Assembly (NCBI GenBank): GCA_964016885.1
Contig: CAXHJY010000648.1
Coordinates: 1 to 64,000, forward strand
Origin: Eledone cirrhosa
Lineage: Eukaryota
Direction of reading: 5' to 3'
Length of the DNA: 64,000 nt
Position numbers and translations under genes: made by a program. The notes beneath the pieces are model-generated. The model worked only from the letters and a program-made list of their open reading frames with translations. It searched no databases and was not told the origin of the DNA. Of this stretch, positions 47,376 to 59,870 are shown in pieces (within the stretch, counting starts at the first letter, position 1; each line of letters opens with the position of its first letter).

Positions 47376-47515
47376 GGCAGAGAATTGGCAGAATAGGTAG
47401 AGCGTTAGAAAGTATGTTTGCAGTTTTATTCCAACTCTGTAATCTGATTTCAAATCCCACCGAGATCAACTTCGTCTTTCAGTATTTTGAGGTTGATAAA
47501 GAAGTACTAGTGAGC
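47376..47515 (+). mobile_element. Degraded Meta-core-like SINE
   Basis: ggcagagaattggcagaatagg...ttcaaatcccaccgagatcaacttcgtctttc. Confidence 0.6.
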
Positions 47516-48389
47516 TCTGTCGGATTTTAAACATGCCAAAGAAATGACGCATGTCACTGCGGTGCCCCTGATATTAATGCTATCTACGGTCATGCCAAAG
47601 GGAGAAAGAGGGAGTCTCTACGGGATCCCCCGATATGTTAGAAATAGCATCTAAATCACCATAAAATCTCACATCTTAACAATGATGCCCATGTTAGATA
47701 AAGTAGTTCTAGAAAATACTATTCGAATAACCAGAGTTGACCTGGGTATGAAACACAATTTCAACGTTGAACGTGTTGTAATTACATTCGTTAAAATCTT
47801 CTGTTGGTGTGTAATAGCCTGAATACAACAAAACCAGTTCAATACTTGCTTGTCAGATCATATTTACATATATCTATTGTCTCGCTAATTCAAAGAAACA
47901 CTACATAAACTTTCCTGAAAGAAAATATAGAAGTAATGTCTTGGTGAAAGTCGATAGTCACAGAGGAAAAATATTATTAGATTTTAACGAGTCTGACGTG
48001 TCAACAAATTAAATAGTGTTAGTTAATAATAGCAGCTAATTATTTAGCAGAGAACAGGCAAAAATAATTACATTCAATCAGTGAGTCAGTTGTGGTTACT
48101 CAAGATGTGATTGAAATCTGAAAAATACATGAGGGGAAATGTAGCAGAATTTATAATAGACTATACAGTTGTTAAATCAGTAGACTATAGAGAAGTTAAA
48201 ACAATTGGAGTTTGGGAAGGAATGACATTTTGCTTTGATAAAAGTAGTCTTGTGTAATTCAATGTGTCATGAGTTGACTGTCAGTTGATGTTAAAGTCTA
48301 ATAACACTTCTAATCAAACATAGTTAAATTATTCAGTTTATGGTTTATCCTCATCATCATCATCATTATTATTATTATTATTATTATCT

Positions 48390-49140
48390 GTGGATTGGCA
48401 GGGTCACTAGAGCGTCGATATGCTTAGAGGCATATAGTTACGACTCTTCACGTTCAAATCCTGACGAGGTTAGCTTTGCCTTTCATCCTTATGGGGTCGA
48501 TAAAATAAAGCACCAGTAACGCATTTGAGTCGTTTTAATTGACTTAATCCCTTCCCTCCAAATTGCTGGTCATGTGCCTATAGTAGAAATAAATATTAAT
48601 ATTATTATTGGCAGTATCAGTAGAGCGTCAGACACTATGCTTGGTTGCATAGAGTTATGGCCCTTTTCGTTCTGAGTTCAAATTCCGCTGAGGTTAGCAT
48701 TGCTTTTCATCCTAACGAGGCCGATAAAATAAAGTTCCATTAATGCACTAGGATCGATTTCATTGTTGGCGATGTGCTTAAATCAGAAACCATTATTACC
48801 AGTGGATTGGCAGTATCGGTAGAGGGTCGGACGCCATACTTTGCAGCCACGAGTTACGGTCCTTTATGATCTGAGTTCAAATCCCGCCGAGGGTAACTGT
48901 GCCTCTCATCCTTACAGGGTCGATCGAATAAAGTACCAGTAATGCACTGGAATAATTGCTGGCCCTGTGCCAAGTGGTCGGATGCCATACTTTGCAGCAA
49001 AGAGTTACGGCCCTTTATGATCTGAGTTCAAATCCTGCCGAGGTTAACTGTGCCTTTCATCCTTACAGGGTCGATCAAATAAAGTACCAGTAATGCACTG
49101 GGATAATTGCTGGCCTTGTGCCAAAAGTAGAAACAATTAT
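48390..49140 (+). mobile_element. Head-to-tail array of four Meta-core-like SINEs
   Basis: Copies at ~48390-48595, 48608-48797, 48801-48973 and 48974-49140. Confidence 0.85.
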
Positions 49141-49619
49141 TGTCATTATTACTGATGTTGTCGTTGTGGTTTTCATTTCCTGTTGTGAGATTTAACTAAA
49201 AGAAACAATTTTCAAATTTGATTGAAAAATGAGAATAGAAATATTATATTCGCCATTGTTAGGTATTGTCTATTTATATTTCATGACAATATAGTTTTTC
49301 TTCATCAGATATTTTTCAATCAGGGTCTAGGAAATAACGATATACCAGTGTGTGTATGCATATATGTATTTATATATAAATATATCTATGTGCATTTGTT
49401 TATGTATCTATTTATGTGTGCGTGTATGTGCATTTATGTATACATAGATATATATATATGTATTTCTATCTGTATGCATTCATATATGATTTTATGTATA
49501 TATACATATATATATTTTTATATATGTATAAGTGTGTATATATATATATATATGTATAAGTGTACGTATATATGTATGTATATATATTTGTATATATATA
49601 TGTATACATATTTGTATAA

Positions 49620-49673
<54 letters not shown>

Positions 49674-49951
49674 TATTTCCATTTCGTTCTATTTCAGCTG
49701 ATTTCAGCATTTTTTCTGAAATTGATAGCAGATTTAAAAGATTACAGAAATATTTTTAAAATCTCTGATATTGTTATTTTACAGATTTCCTTTGATGGTC
49801 TATATAATATGTAGATTATTAAGCTGATGATTGTTGATTATGGGTTGAAGGAAGAGGCGAAGTATTTAGAAGGTAGTGCTGATACTGATAATTATCATGA
49901 TTATTCACACCAGTCATAGTTAGATAGTTGTATATGACTATATCTATAATA

Positions 49952-50088
49952 AATGTTTCTACTTTTGGCACAAGGCCAGTAATTACCCGGTTCATTACTG
50001 GTACTTTATTTTATCGACCTGGTGAGGATGAAAGGCAAAGTTTACCTCGACGGGATTTGAACTCAAACCGTAAAGGGACGTAGCTCTG
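49952..50088 (-). mobile_element. Meta-core-like SINE
   Basis: Reverse complement of the consensus. Confidence 0.85.
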
Positions 50089-50199
50089 CGTGAGCAGCGA
50101 GTGCTCAAACGACATACCGCTCACGGACGCATTTATTGCAACCATACAACAACTATATATACATACATACAAGGTACTTTCAAGAGGTTTTGAGTTTTA

Positions 50200-50665
50200 T
50201 ATCAGAGCGACATTTATTTACCTAAATTGGCTCCAGCCAAAGGCCCCCATAAACTCCTTCAAGGCGAAGATGCTCCAGACGCTTGTCGCAGCAAAGAAAA
50301 CAATCCCCATAAAATGGAAGGGAGGATGCATTGGGTGACTCATTATATATTTTAAGAATTTTAAGGGGGAAGAAATAATCAGGTGGTCACCAGAGTTAAG
50401 TCCTGATTGTTTTTTTGTTTCTTGGGTGACTGATGATCGCAGGATGCAGCTGAAATATACCGTCTGGCCAGGAGTGTAGGGTTTCCCTATACCATTCCAA
50501 TTTACCTTTTTCAAAATTAAATCTCCCTCCATGGGCTCTCCTTTCCTATCTTTCCCTTTTTTTAAACATATTTTCATCAATGTGTTGGTCTGTTCTATAA
50601 AAAATTCAAACGTATCCCCAGGTGGTTCTGGGACTAGCAAGGAGGAATCCTTAAGGACATTCTAC
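50200..50665. other. Higher-complexity coding-like segment (L1-like ORF2 end on +, or an exon-like 140-aa ORF on -)
   Basis: + frame 'MLQTLVAAKKTIPIKWK' resembles L1 C-termini. The - frame is open 50218-50640 with AG/GT candidates. Confidence 0.3.
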
Positions 50666-50848
50666 ATGTGGCTTAAGTAAAATAAGGAAACATATGTGTG
50701 CTGATAGCTACGGAATAAGACGAAAGTATTTATGAATCTGTCTACCATACTTGCCAAAGATTGAATGTAATATTAATCACAGATTAATATCGTTTCTTCT
50801 TTAATAAATCTATTTTCGAAATACATTTAGTTATTTCTCACTTTTGTG

Positions 50849-50920
<72 letters not shown>

Positions 50921-51429
50921 AGAGAGAGAGAGAGGGGGGGTGTAAGTGTGTGTGAGTATAATGACGATCGATATACAATGGTTTCGAATATGAGCATTCA
51001 GTTTTCGATCAACTGAACTAGCCACTTGGTAAATTAATATGTAAGTGTTTGAGTATTCCTGATAGAATTGTAGGTTTATATACATATGATTATATATATG
51101 TATATATATATATACATATATATATAATATGTATATGCTTGTATAAGTTAAATGCATGTATATATGTATATATGCATATGCAGATATCAGTATTATATTA
51201 TGTATATATAATACATTCATATATATATACATTTATATATCTATGTTTCGGTCAGTGGGAGACAACCTATGTATTCATATAGACAGTTGTCGAACAATTT
51301 CTCTTCACTGAATATCTATCTTTAAAACATCTGCCGTATTTTTATTAATCTAATTTTGTCTGATTTCCCATGAGGTGGTCGTGCAAGCCCAATTGGGTTG
51401 ATTTACAGATGTAAATTATGCACAGATAT

Positions 51430-51930
51430 CTATGTATATATATATATATATATATATGTGTATATATGTGTGTATAAGTACATATATGTATACATATGTT
51501 TATGTACATATATATATATATGTATGAATGTGTAGGTATGTATATATATATATATATGTATGTATCTATGTATGTATATATATATATATATGTATGTTTG
51601 TATATATATATACATATGTTTGTATATATATATACATATGTTTGTATATATATATACATATGTATGTATATATATATATACATATGCATGTATGTATATA
51701 TATATATACATATGTATGTATATATATATACATATGTATGTATGTATGAATATATATATACATATGTATGTATGTATGTATATATATATACATGTATGTA
51801 TGAATATATATATACATATGTAAATATGTATATATACATGTATGTATGTATATATATACATGTATGTATGTATGTATATATATACATGTATGTATGTATA
51901 TATATACATATGTATGTATGTATGTATATT
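51430..51930. repeat. (TATG)n/(TA)n compound microsatellite
   Basis: Direct inspection. Confidence 0.9.
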
Positions 51931-52735
51931 TATATCATTCATCATTAACCGGGACTATAATTTATTATATGATATCTTAAGTGTATTAAATAATGGATGA
52001 CGTTTGTGTTTCTATTTTATTTTCTATTCTTTTATTCTATTATTTTTCTTCTTTAATCCACTTCCTTCAATATTTAGATTCCCGATAGATTGTACGATAT
52101 CTCAACCGGAAATGACTGTCAATGTTGATTCATTGCATGGCAATATGCTGTACTCTGTTCTTCTCTGCTATAATATACAGATATTCTATTGTAAAATTAT
52201 GTTAACGCTATTTTGTTATAAATATGCTTTTTAGCCCGTGTACAACGGCAGATATTATTGAAGAGAGAAATTGGGAATTTCCAATCCAATACGTATGGAT
52301 ATGACGCGAAAAGAGAAACTTAACTCTTTAGAGATTTTGGAGAGAAAATCTAAGTCTGTGTAGTTCCTCTTTTACTTTCTATTTCTCTCCTTCCTTCTCC
52401 CTATATCTACCAATCACTTTGCTTTCTCTTTCTCACACACGAAAGTGGGAAAGATGTAAAAAATTAAGATGGAGAATTGACTACAATATGCTTTGCAGTA
52501 TTTATTCCAGCTCTTTAGCTCTCGATGCTCAGATCTCAGTCGTGCTCAACTATTTTACCATTCTTCTTTCCGTGCTCGATTAAATAAATTCCTTCCTACT
52601 ACTGTGTTCTATGTAACCAACCTTCCGATTCCTCCGAAATTGCTGGCCTCGTGCCTAAAATATTGTCGGTTTTCATGGTTAACACTATAATATGATCTTA
52701 TATATATATAAAATAATATATATATATATAAAATA

Positions 52736-52787
<52 letters not shown>

Positions 52788-53027
52788 CATTTTCCTTCCG
52801 CACTCCCCCGCGAGGTTCTGAGAGCCTCAGGAATAAAGGATGTAGGTTATTCCCTCACCGGACGCAGTGACCAAAGGAAAATATATAAAACGTCTTATCA
52901 ATTTAAATGTATCTCTGTCTTTATGTTATCTCTCCAAATATTAACAAGAAAATAGATTTATTCATATTTCTATACAAGTGTAAGCTACCGTTTCTTTAAT
53001 TTACAACAACGGGAAAGTATATATAGC

Positions 53028-53061
<34 letters not shown>

Positions 53062-53381
53062 TGAACTATTGAATACACGAAAATAAGGATTGCATATGAT
53101 TCTAAAATCAGAAGCTTCGCAAAAATAAGTCAGGATTAATACATATATTTAATTCCGAAGTTTATCATTGATTACAGTTGTATATCGCTGACACATGCAT
53201 ATACACACACATATATACAGGCACCCACATTCACCACACGCACATACACATTCACATGCACACACAATATAAGCCATGAGATTTATTAAGTATTATATAC
53301 ACATTTACTAAGCAATTGATACTCTAATGTCACATACATGGAAGAGGATTTGTCGTTATTTGTCCAACACAATCACTTATC

Positions 53382-53471
<90 letters not shown>

Positions 53472-53784
53472 ATGTATGCGTGTATAACGATACACATAAA
53501 CGTGAGGAGTATCAACAAAGCTCGTTAATCTACCATTACAAATTTGATGAAAATATGCAGCAACGAGAAAGTTTAGTGGTGTGCATAAGAGATTGGAAGT
53601 TTTGTTTTGAATATATATTTGTATATTATATTTAAGGTTTGGCAATCATTATTTCCAGTGTTACCAAGGGAAACGCTTTTATGCATACACACATTTTCTA
53701 TTACATTCTAAGTGTCAATTACATGAGTAATGATGTATTATATCCACATATGTCGATGAAAATTTTTGCGACTGTATGTATAGA

Positions 53785-53967
53785 TTATATATATATAAAT
53801 AATATAAAATAATATATATATATATAAATAAATAATATAAAATAATATATATATGAATAATATAAAATAATATATATATATATATGAAATAATATATATA
53901 TATATGAAATAATATATATATATATGAAATAATATATATATATATGAAATAATATATATATACATGA

Positions 53968-54018
<51 letters not shown>

Positions 54019-54068
54019 TATATATATATATGTGAAATTATATATATGAAATTATATATATATATATG

Positions 54069-54110
<42 letters not shown>

Positions 54111-54164
54111 TATATATATATATGTGAAATTATATATATAAAATAACATATATATATATATATG

Positions 54165-54209
<45 letters not shown>

Positions 54210-54500
54210 TTATAAAATAACATATATATATATATATAATATAAAATAATATATATATATATATAAAATAATATATATATAATATAAAATAATATATATA
54301 TATATAAAAATATATATATATATATATATAATATAAAATAATATATATATATAATATAAAATAATATATATATATATAAAATAATATATATATATAATAT
54401 AAAATAATATATATATATAATATAAAATAATATATATATATATATATATATAATATAAAATAATATCTCTATATATATATATATAATATAAAATAATATA
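53785..54500. repeat. (TA)n minisatellite field with gaaat/aaaat spacers
   Basis: Direct inspection. Confidence 0.9.
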
Positions 54501-54959
54501 TATTTGGGAAATATACACAAATGATACGTACAAACGTACATACACATAGAGAAATCACTCTAATTCTCAGAAGAGCAGTTATTACTGTTTATATATATAT
54601 ATATATTTAGTGTGTGTTATTTTATATTATATATATATATATATAATATAAAATAATATATATATATATATATATTTAATACATTAACAGAGAAACCTTT
54701 AAGTGATATATATATATGCGTTATTTTATATTATATATATATATATATTTATTAAAATAACAGATTAAAGTTTAAGCAAAGAATCGCTGCTTTCACGCTT
54801 AACGGGATCTTCTGAAACTAACAAAGTCAATCTGTAAACGCAGAACTGGATATTTCAAAAATCATTGCAACCGGAGGAAGACCGGAAGACGATACTTTGG
54901 TTCGTGGAAACGTTCGCTGGCTAAGAACGGGAAAAAACGAATATAATACGTCATTAATA

Positions 54960-56116
54960 TATATCGGCCTTTTCCTTCTTTTCTCTATCAAGGACGAATT
55001 CCCCAACGCGGGCGGTGGTCTGTACCGTGACGATGGTCTTTTGACCATGACTAAGTGCGGACCTCGTGCTTGCGACAGGTTCAGAAAAGAACTCACAGCC
55101 TTCTTTAAAGGCTTCAACCTCTCTATACAGGTTGAGGCTAATCTCTCGGTCGTTAATTACCTCGACGTTACCCTTAACTTATTGAATGTGTTGTATTACC
55201 CGAATAGAAAGCCGAATGATACGCTTAATTACATAAGTAAGCATTCCAACCATCCTGCCAGCATAACCAAGAACCTGGTAAGAAACGTTTCGTTGAGGCT
55301 TTCCCGTCTTTCCATCAACGAGCGTATTTTCAACGACCATTCCACTTATTACAATGAAGCTCTTGCTCGAAGTGGATTTGTCGATAAGGTAGCATATACA
55401 GAGTACGAAAATAGACCTAGAAGAAATAGATCCCGTCGATTTGTTGGTATAACCCACCATATAATATGGAGGTGGCCACACCATTAGCTAAGATCTTTCT
55501 TTCCCTTATTACGAAGCATTTTCCCCCTACACATAAATATAGTAAAATTTTTAATAGAAATACTATTAAAATTTCCTACTCTACGACTCCTAACCTTGCA
55601 CATAACATCACAGCTTCGAATTTAGCTAAACTACCTAGCCGTAGGAACACGTGCAACTCTGTAGTTAGTACTAACTGTAATTGTAGGAATCGGGTTGATT
55701 GCCCCCTATCCGGGAAATGCCTCTCTAGCAACATTGTCTACAAATGTAAGGTTGTAAGACCCACGTCCCGTAGGGCCTACATAGGGTTAACCGCCAATAG
55801 ATTTAAGCAGCGTCTTTACATGCATACCCATTCTTTTCGTTACCCTCTAAGAAGGAATATGACGTCACTTTCAGCTTATATCTGGAGTCTAAAAGACAAC
55901 CACACCCAATATAAGTTACACTGGGAGATCCTAGCTAGGGTTAGATCGTATAACGGAAATAAAATACCATGTGACCTCTGCGCCGCTGAGGCCCTGGAAA
56001 TACTCTACGCCACAGACCACATCTTAAACAAAAAATCTGAGGCAATTTCGACTTGTAAACATAAATTGCACAAAACTTTCCTGTATTACCGCCCCACGTT
56101 ATACCCTAACGGATAG
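54960..56116 (+). pseudogene. PLE reverse transcriptase C-terminus + GIY-YIG endonuclease, one frameshift near 55440
   Basis: GLYRDDGL, VNYLDVTLNL, SNHP; after the frameshift WYNPPY, HFP...KIFNRNTIKISYS, CNCR...CPLSGKCL..NIVY...YIGLT..FKQR..H, CDLC..E, LNKKSE...CKH. Confidence 0.9.
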
Positions 56117-56702
56117 TACGATCTATACGTGGATATTTTACGTCTTGATGTGGGAGCTAAGTATATGTTTTGTTTTTTCCTTTACTTATTTGCATAGGTA
56201 AGTATATATTACCCGAATATTTTGTGAAGGTACGTATACCTTCTCGTACGTATATTTGATTGTTATGGCGTATAATTTTTTTATATATTCTGGTACATAT
56301 GGTTCGGCTATGTGTATACGGGAGTCTTGCGTCTGTGTGAGTATGCCGGTTCGTACGTATGTAGGGCGTGTGTATATGTGTACTTCATGTTTTGGTTGAC
56401 TTACGTCTCCGAACATTCGTGTATTTACATGTAGGTATGTGTGTGCGCTTGTTATATACGTATTTATTTATTTATATACGTTTATATAATTATTTATTTA
56501 TTTGTATACACGCTTGCACACACACACATATTTATATGTGCGTGGTTTTGTTTACCTATGGTAAGCTTTTGCGTATGCTTGTGTATGTACGTTTTTGTTT
56601 GCGTGTATGTATTTATTTATTTCTATTACTTCTGTATTGTATTTATTTACTTTGTTCTTAACTCCGTAGCGGATATTCATTCGGTCTAGTAGTTAGAATT
56701 TA

Positions 56703-56930
56703 GTCTACGACTTCTGCTATACCATTTACGTGGTTTTGTCTTTGCGTGCTATTGTTCTCCACGCTCCACATATGACTTATTATCTTCGTTTTTTCGTTCA
56801 TTGCCAGAGAACGTCTCTATGCACCACCTAAGTCTACGACCTCTTTTATACCATAAACGTGGTTCTGTCTTTGCGCGTAATTGTTTTTCACCGCTCCTAT
56901 TAATGACGTATTATTCGTTTTTTCCCGTTC
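56703..56930 (+). repeat. ~130-bp diverged tandem duplication in the PLE 3' region
   Basis: gtctacgac...tatacca...cgtggtt.tgtctttgcg...cgctcc...atgac.tatta..cgttttt..cgttc occurs at ~56703 and ~56832. Confidence 0.75.
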
Positions 56931-57014
56931 GAACCAAAGCATCGTCTTCCTGTCTTCCTCCGGTTGCACCGTTTTTTGAAATATCCAGTTCTGCGTTTAC
57001 AGATTGACTTTGTT

Positions 57015-57065
57015 AGTTTCAGAAGATCCCGTTAAGGGTGAAAGCAGTGATTCTTTGCTTAAACT
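57015..57065 (+). ncRNA. Hammerhead-like motif with non-canonical core CAGAAGA in the PLE pseudo-LTR
   Basis: agttt-CAGAAGA-tccc gttaa gggt-GAAA-gca..tgc-TT-aaact. The same core is in the copies at 31.3 and 54.8 kb. Confidence 0.55.
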
Positions 57066-57172
57066 TTAATCTGTTATTTTAATAAATATTTGCTCTACGG
57101 TTCTTATATATTTGATATACATTTATCCTTATCGAGCCCTTTTTGGATTTTAGTCTTCAAATTTATTATTAT

Positions 57173-57254
<82 letters not shown>

Positions 57255-58340
57255 AAATAACATATATATATAAACAGCAATAACTGCTCTTCTGAGAATT
57301 AGAGTCGTTTCTCTATATGTAGGAGTGTATATATATATGTACGTTTGAACGTATCATTTGTGTATATTTCCCAAATATCTTCTTTAAATGCGAAGGAAAT
57401 AAAGATGCGTTATATATGACATGTGGTACTTTCAGATATTTATTGCTAAATTCGCGATGTTTAATAACCTTCTAATTTAATTATGAACTCTTATCTCAGT
57501 AAATAATCTATATAATAATAACTGTGCAACTTTTTGTCTGCCACACGAACCCTATGCTGAAAGTTTCATTCCGAAATAATATGGATTCGTTGGAAAGCAA
57601 GGAGACTCGACGAAAGAAAACAGACAAAGTATATAAATTACTTGTTGTAGAACTTTCAACTTCAGTTATTCAATAACTGTTAAGATGTTTTTTCTGTCAC
57701 AGAAAGAAGGTTAATGCATTGAGAAATAAACTGCCTTTCTTTAGGATACAGGAATCGAGTTTATGACTTTGGTAACATATAGTACCAGAATATTGCTAGA
57801 AAACTCTAAATACTAAGCCGCGTACCTTCGCTACTTTGCGAAACATATCACTGATTTCATTTACATAACAATGATACTAAACCCTTAGGTTTACCAGCTG
57901 CTTCAGCCTATTTTAACTTGTCTATGATATTGTGATACTTATCACTAATCCAATTAAATCTCTAACAACTAAGCATTGAATTCTAACAGCTGTTTCAGCC
58001 CCTGAGTACGTATGTTGTGTTTTACATACGAAATTTCTCGAATATTATCTCACTGATAATCTCAAAACCTACGTGTATTTTCTTTTCTTTTTTTCCTCAT
58101 GCCATTTCAGTGTTTAATTTGTTGATTACACAAATGATGCAATCTCCACAACATAGTTCCGTCCAATGAAACAATTCTCTCTGCACTGGGCTTTCATTTT
58201 GTTGTTTATTTTTTTAAAGGAATTACTTCTGCAAACATATATACATCTTGAGCGTGCTTATGTGTTTTCTCTTGAAACCTCGGGTTGACTAGTGTAATAT
58301 AAGTGAAATTTGATAGACGGAAACTGTGCAGAAGCCCGTT

Positions 58341-58371
<31 letters not shown>

Positions 58372-58582
58372 GTCTCGCTCTCTCTTCTCTCTCTCTCTCT
58401 TCTCTCTCTCTCTTCTCTCTCTCTCTCTCTCTGTGTGTAAGGAATCTGTTGCTTGCAGACATGGCGAGGAGATGGGCACCTCCAGGTTTACAAAAATGGT
58501 CATGAAACGCTGAGTGTCACCACGGCTGCCCCTACAACTCCATCAGGAGTTACGGATTCAAAGGTACACACACATACTTAAG

Positions 58583-58613
<31 letters not shown>

Positions 58614-59754
58614 GTCTGTTAGTGTGGGGCCTGTGAGAGGCGTGTGTGCGTGCTTTGACATTTGTGTATTTGCCAATGCCCAATTTTTGAGCGCTCCGTC
58701 AAAAAGAAGTCTATAAAATGAGTAGCAAACTGGAAATAAAAAATGGGATCCCATCAAAGCCTTGCCCCGCCAATGCCGCAGTGCAATGAGTGAAATCAGT
58801 CAAATAATACAAGCGTAAGCTTCCTCTTTGCTTACGCTTTTGCAAATAATTAATAACATTTGAATTCGTAAAGTGAAATGGAAGTTCTTATGTAATAACC
58901 TAAACTAATATTCCTCTCCTCACAACTTCAATATAGAAGGTTGAGGAATAGTACCACTGCCACACAATTCTGTCAATATTCATGAACCATATGTTACCAA
59001 TGTATAATTGAAATTTTGTTTACACTTGGAAAATTCCACAAAGAGACTGCAAAGGACTGAAAAGAAAATATTGTTATTTCTGTAGGGAAATCAATATTAT
59101 TTCAAGAAATAACCTTTTTTGTTATTTTAATCGAAATTAAATTGAATGAAGTTCTACGATGTAATATTTTCTTCTTTCGTTCCATTTTATCAACAACTGT
59201 AAAATCAATTAAAGGTGCTTACAGACTTTTGGCTTCATTTTCCAACATATCTCATCGTTTTTCTGTCTTTTGTTTCTCTTTCTAATTACACGTCACTGAA
59301 TATTCTAGTCTTCAAATTTAACAACGTTATCATCGATAGGAAGCTGCGACCGTTTCGCAGAATCATTAAAGCTGCAGATGAAATGCCGTTGTGTTCAAAT
59401 TACTCCAAAGTGATTTTATCTTGCTCCTTTTCAGGATCTAGAAATAAAGTAGTACGCCGTGGCTAGTGAATTGGTGGAATTGTTAAGGAATGTTTTGCAA
59501 TATTTTACTGACTCTGCACGTTGGGAGTTCAAATTCTGCTGCCTGTCACCACCGGAAAATTGAAAAGACTAATGGAAACATGGTTTTCTTGGGTGTGCTA
59601 TTGTGATATAAGGCATGTTGTGGGCATTTAAAGATAGTGGAACTCATACTTTTGGTCTGATTACAGCCAGTTTTGCCAGAGAAAGTGAGAAGAACATTGG
59701 TACAGGAAGAAGCAACTCTGTTATTGGACTGTTAAGTAATTGATCTCCAAAGTG

Positions 59755-59870
59755 GGAAAAGTATAATTTGACCTCGGTGGGATTAGAATCCAGAGTGCTG
59801 AAACCCTGAGCAAAAACTGTGTGGCGGAATACTTAATCCAACAGTCCAACCACTCTATCACTTCGCCGAT
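59755..59870 (-). mobile_element. Degraded Meta-core-like SINE
   Basis: aatttgacctcggtgggattagaatccagag...acttcgcc. Confidence 0.45.

Larger units (their letters stand above)
54749..57176 (+). mobile_element. 5'-truncated Penelope-like retroelement (Naiad-like) with inverted pseudo-LTR, inserted in (TA)n
   Basis: Inverted arm 54749-54958 mirrors ~56895-57088. RT+GIY-YIG ORF. 88-nt tail 57089-57176. (TA)n on both sides. Confidence 0.9.

Noticed and set aside
54897-54958. N-terminus of the 196-aa ORF as the genuine PLE protein start
   Set aside because: It derives from the inverted pseudo-LTR fused in frame to the truncated RT.
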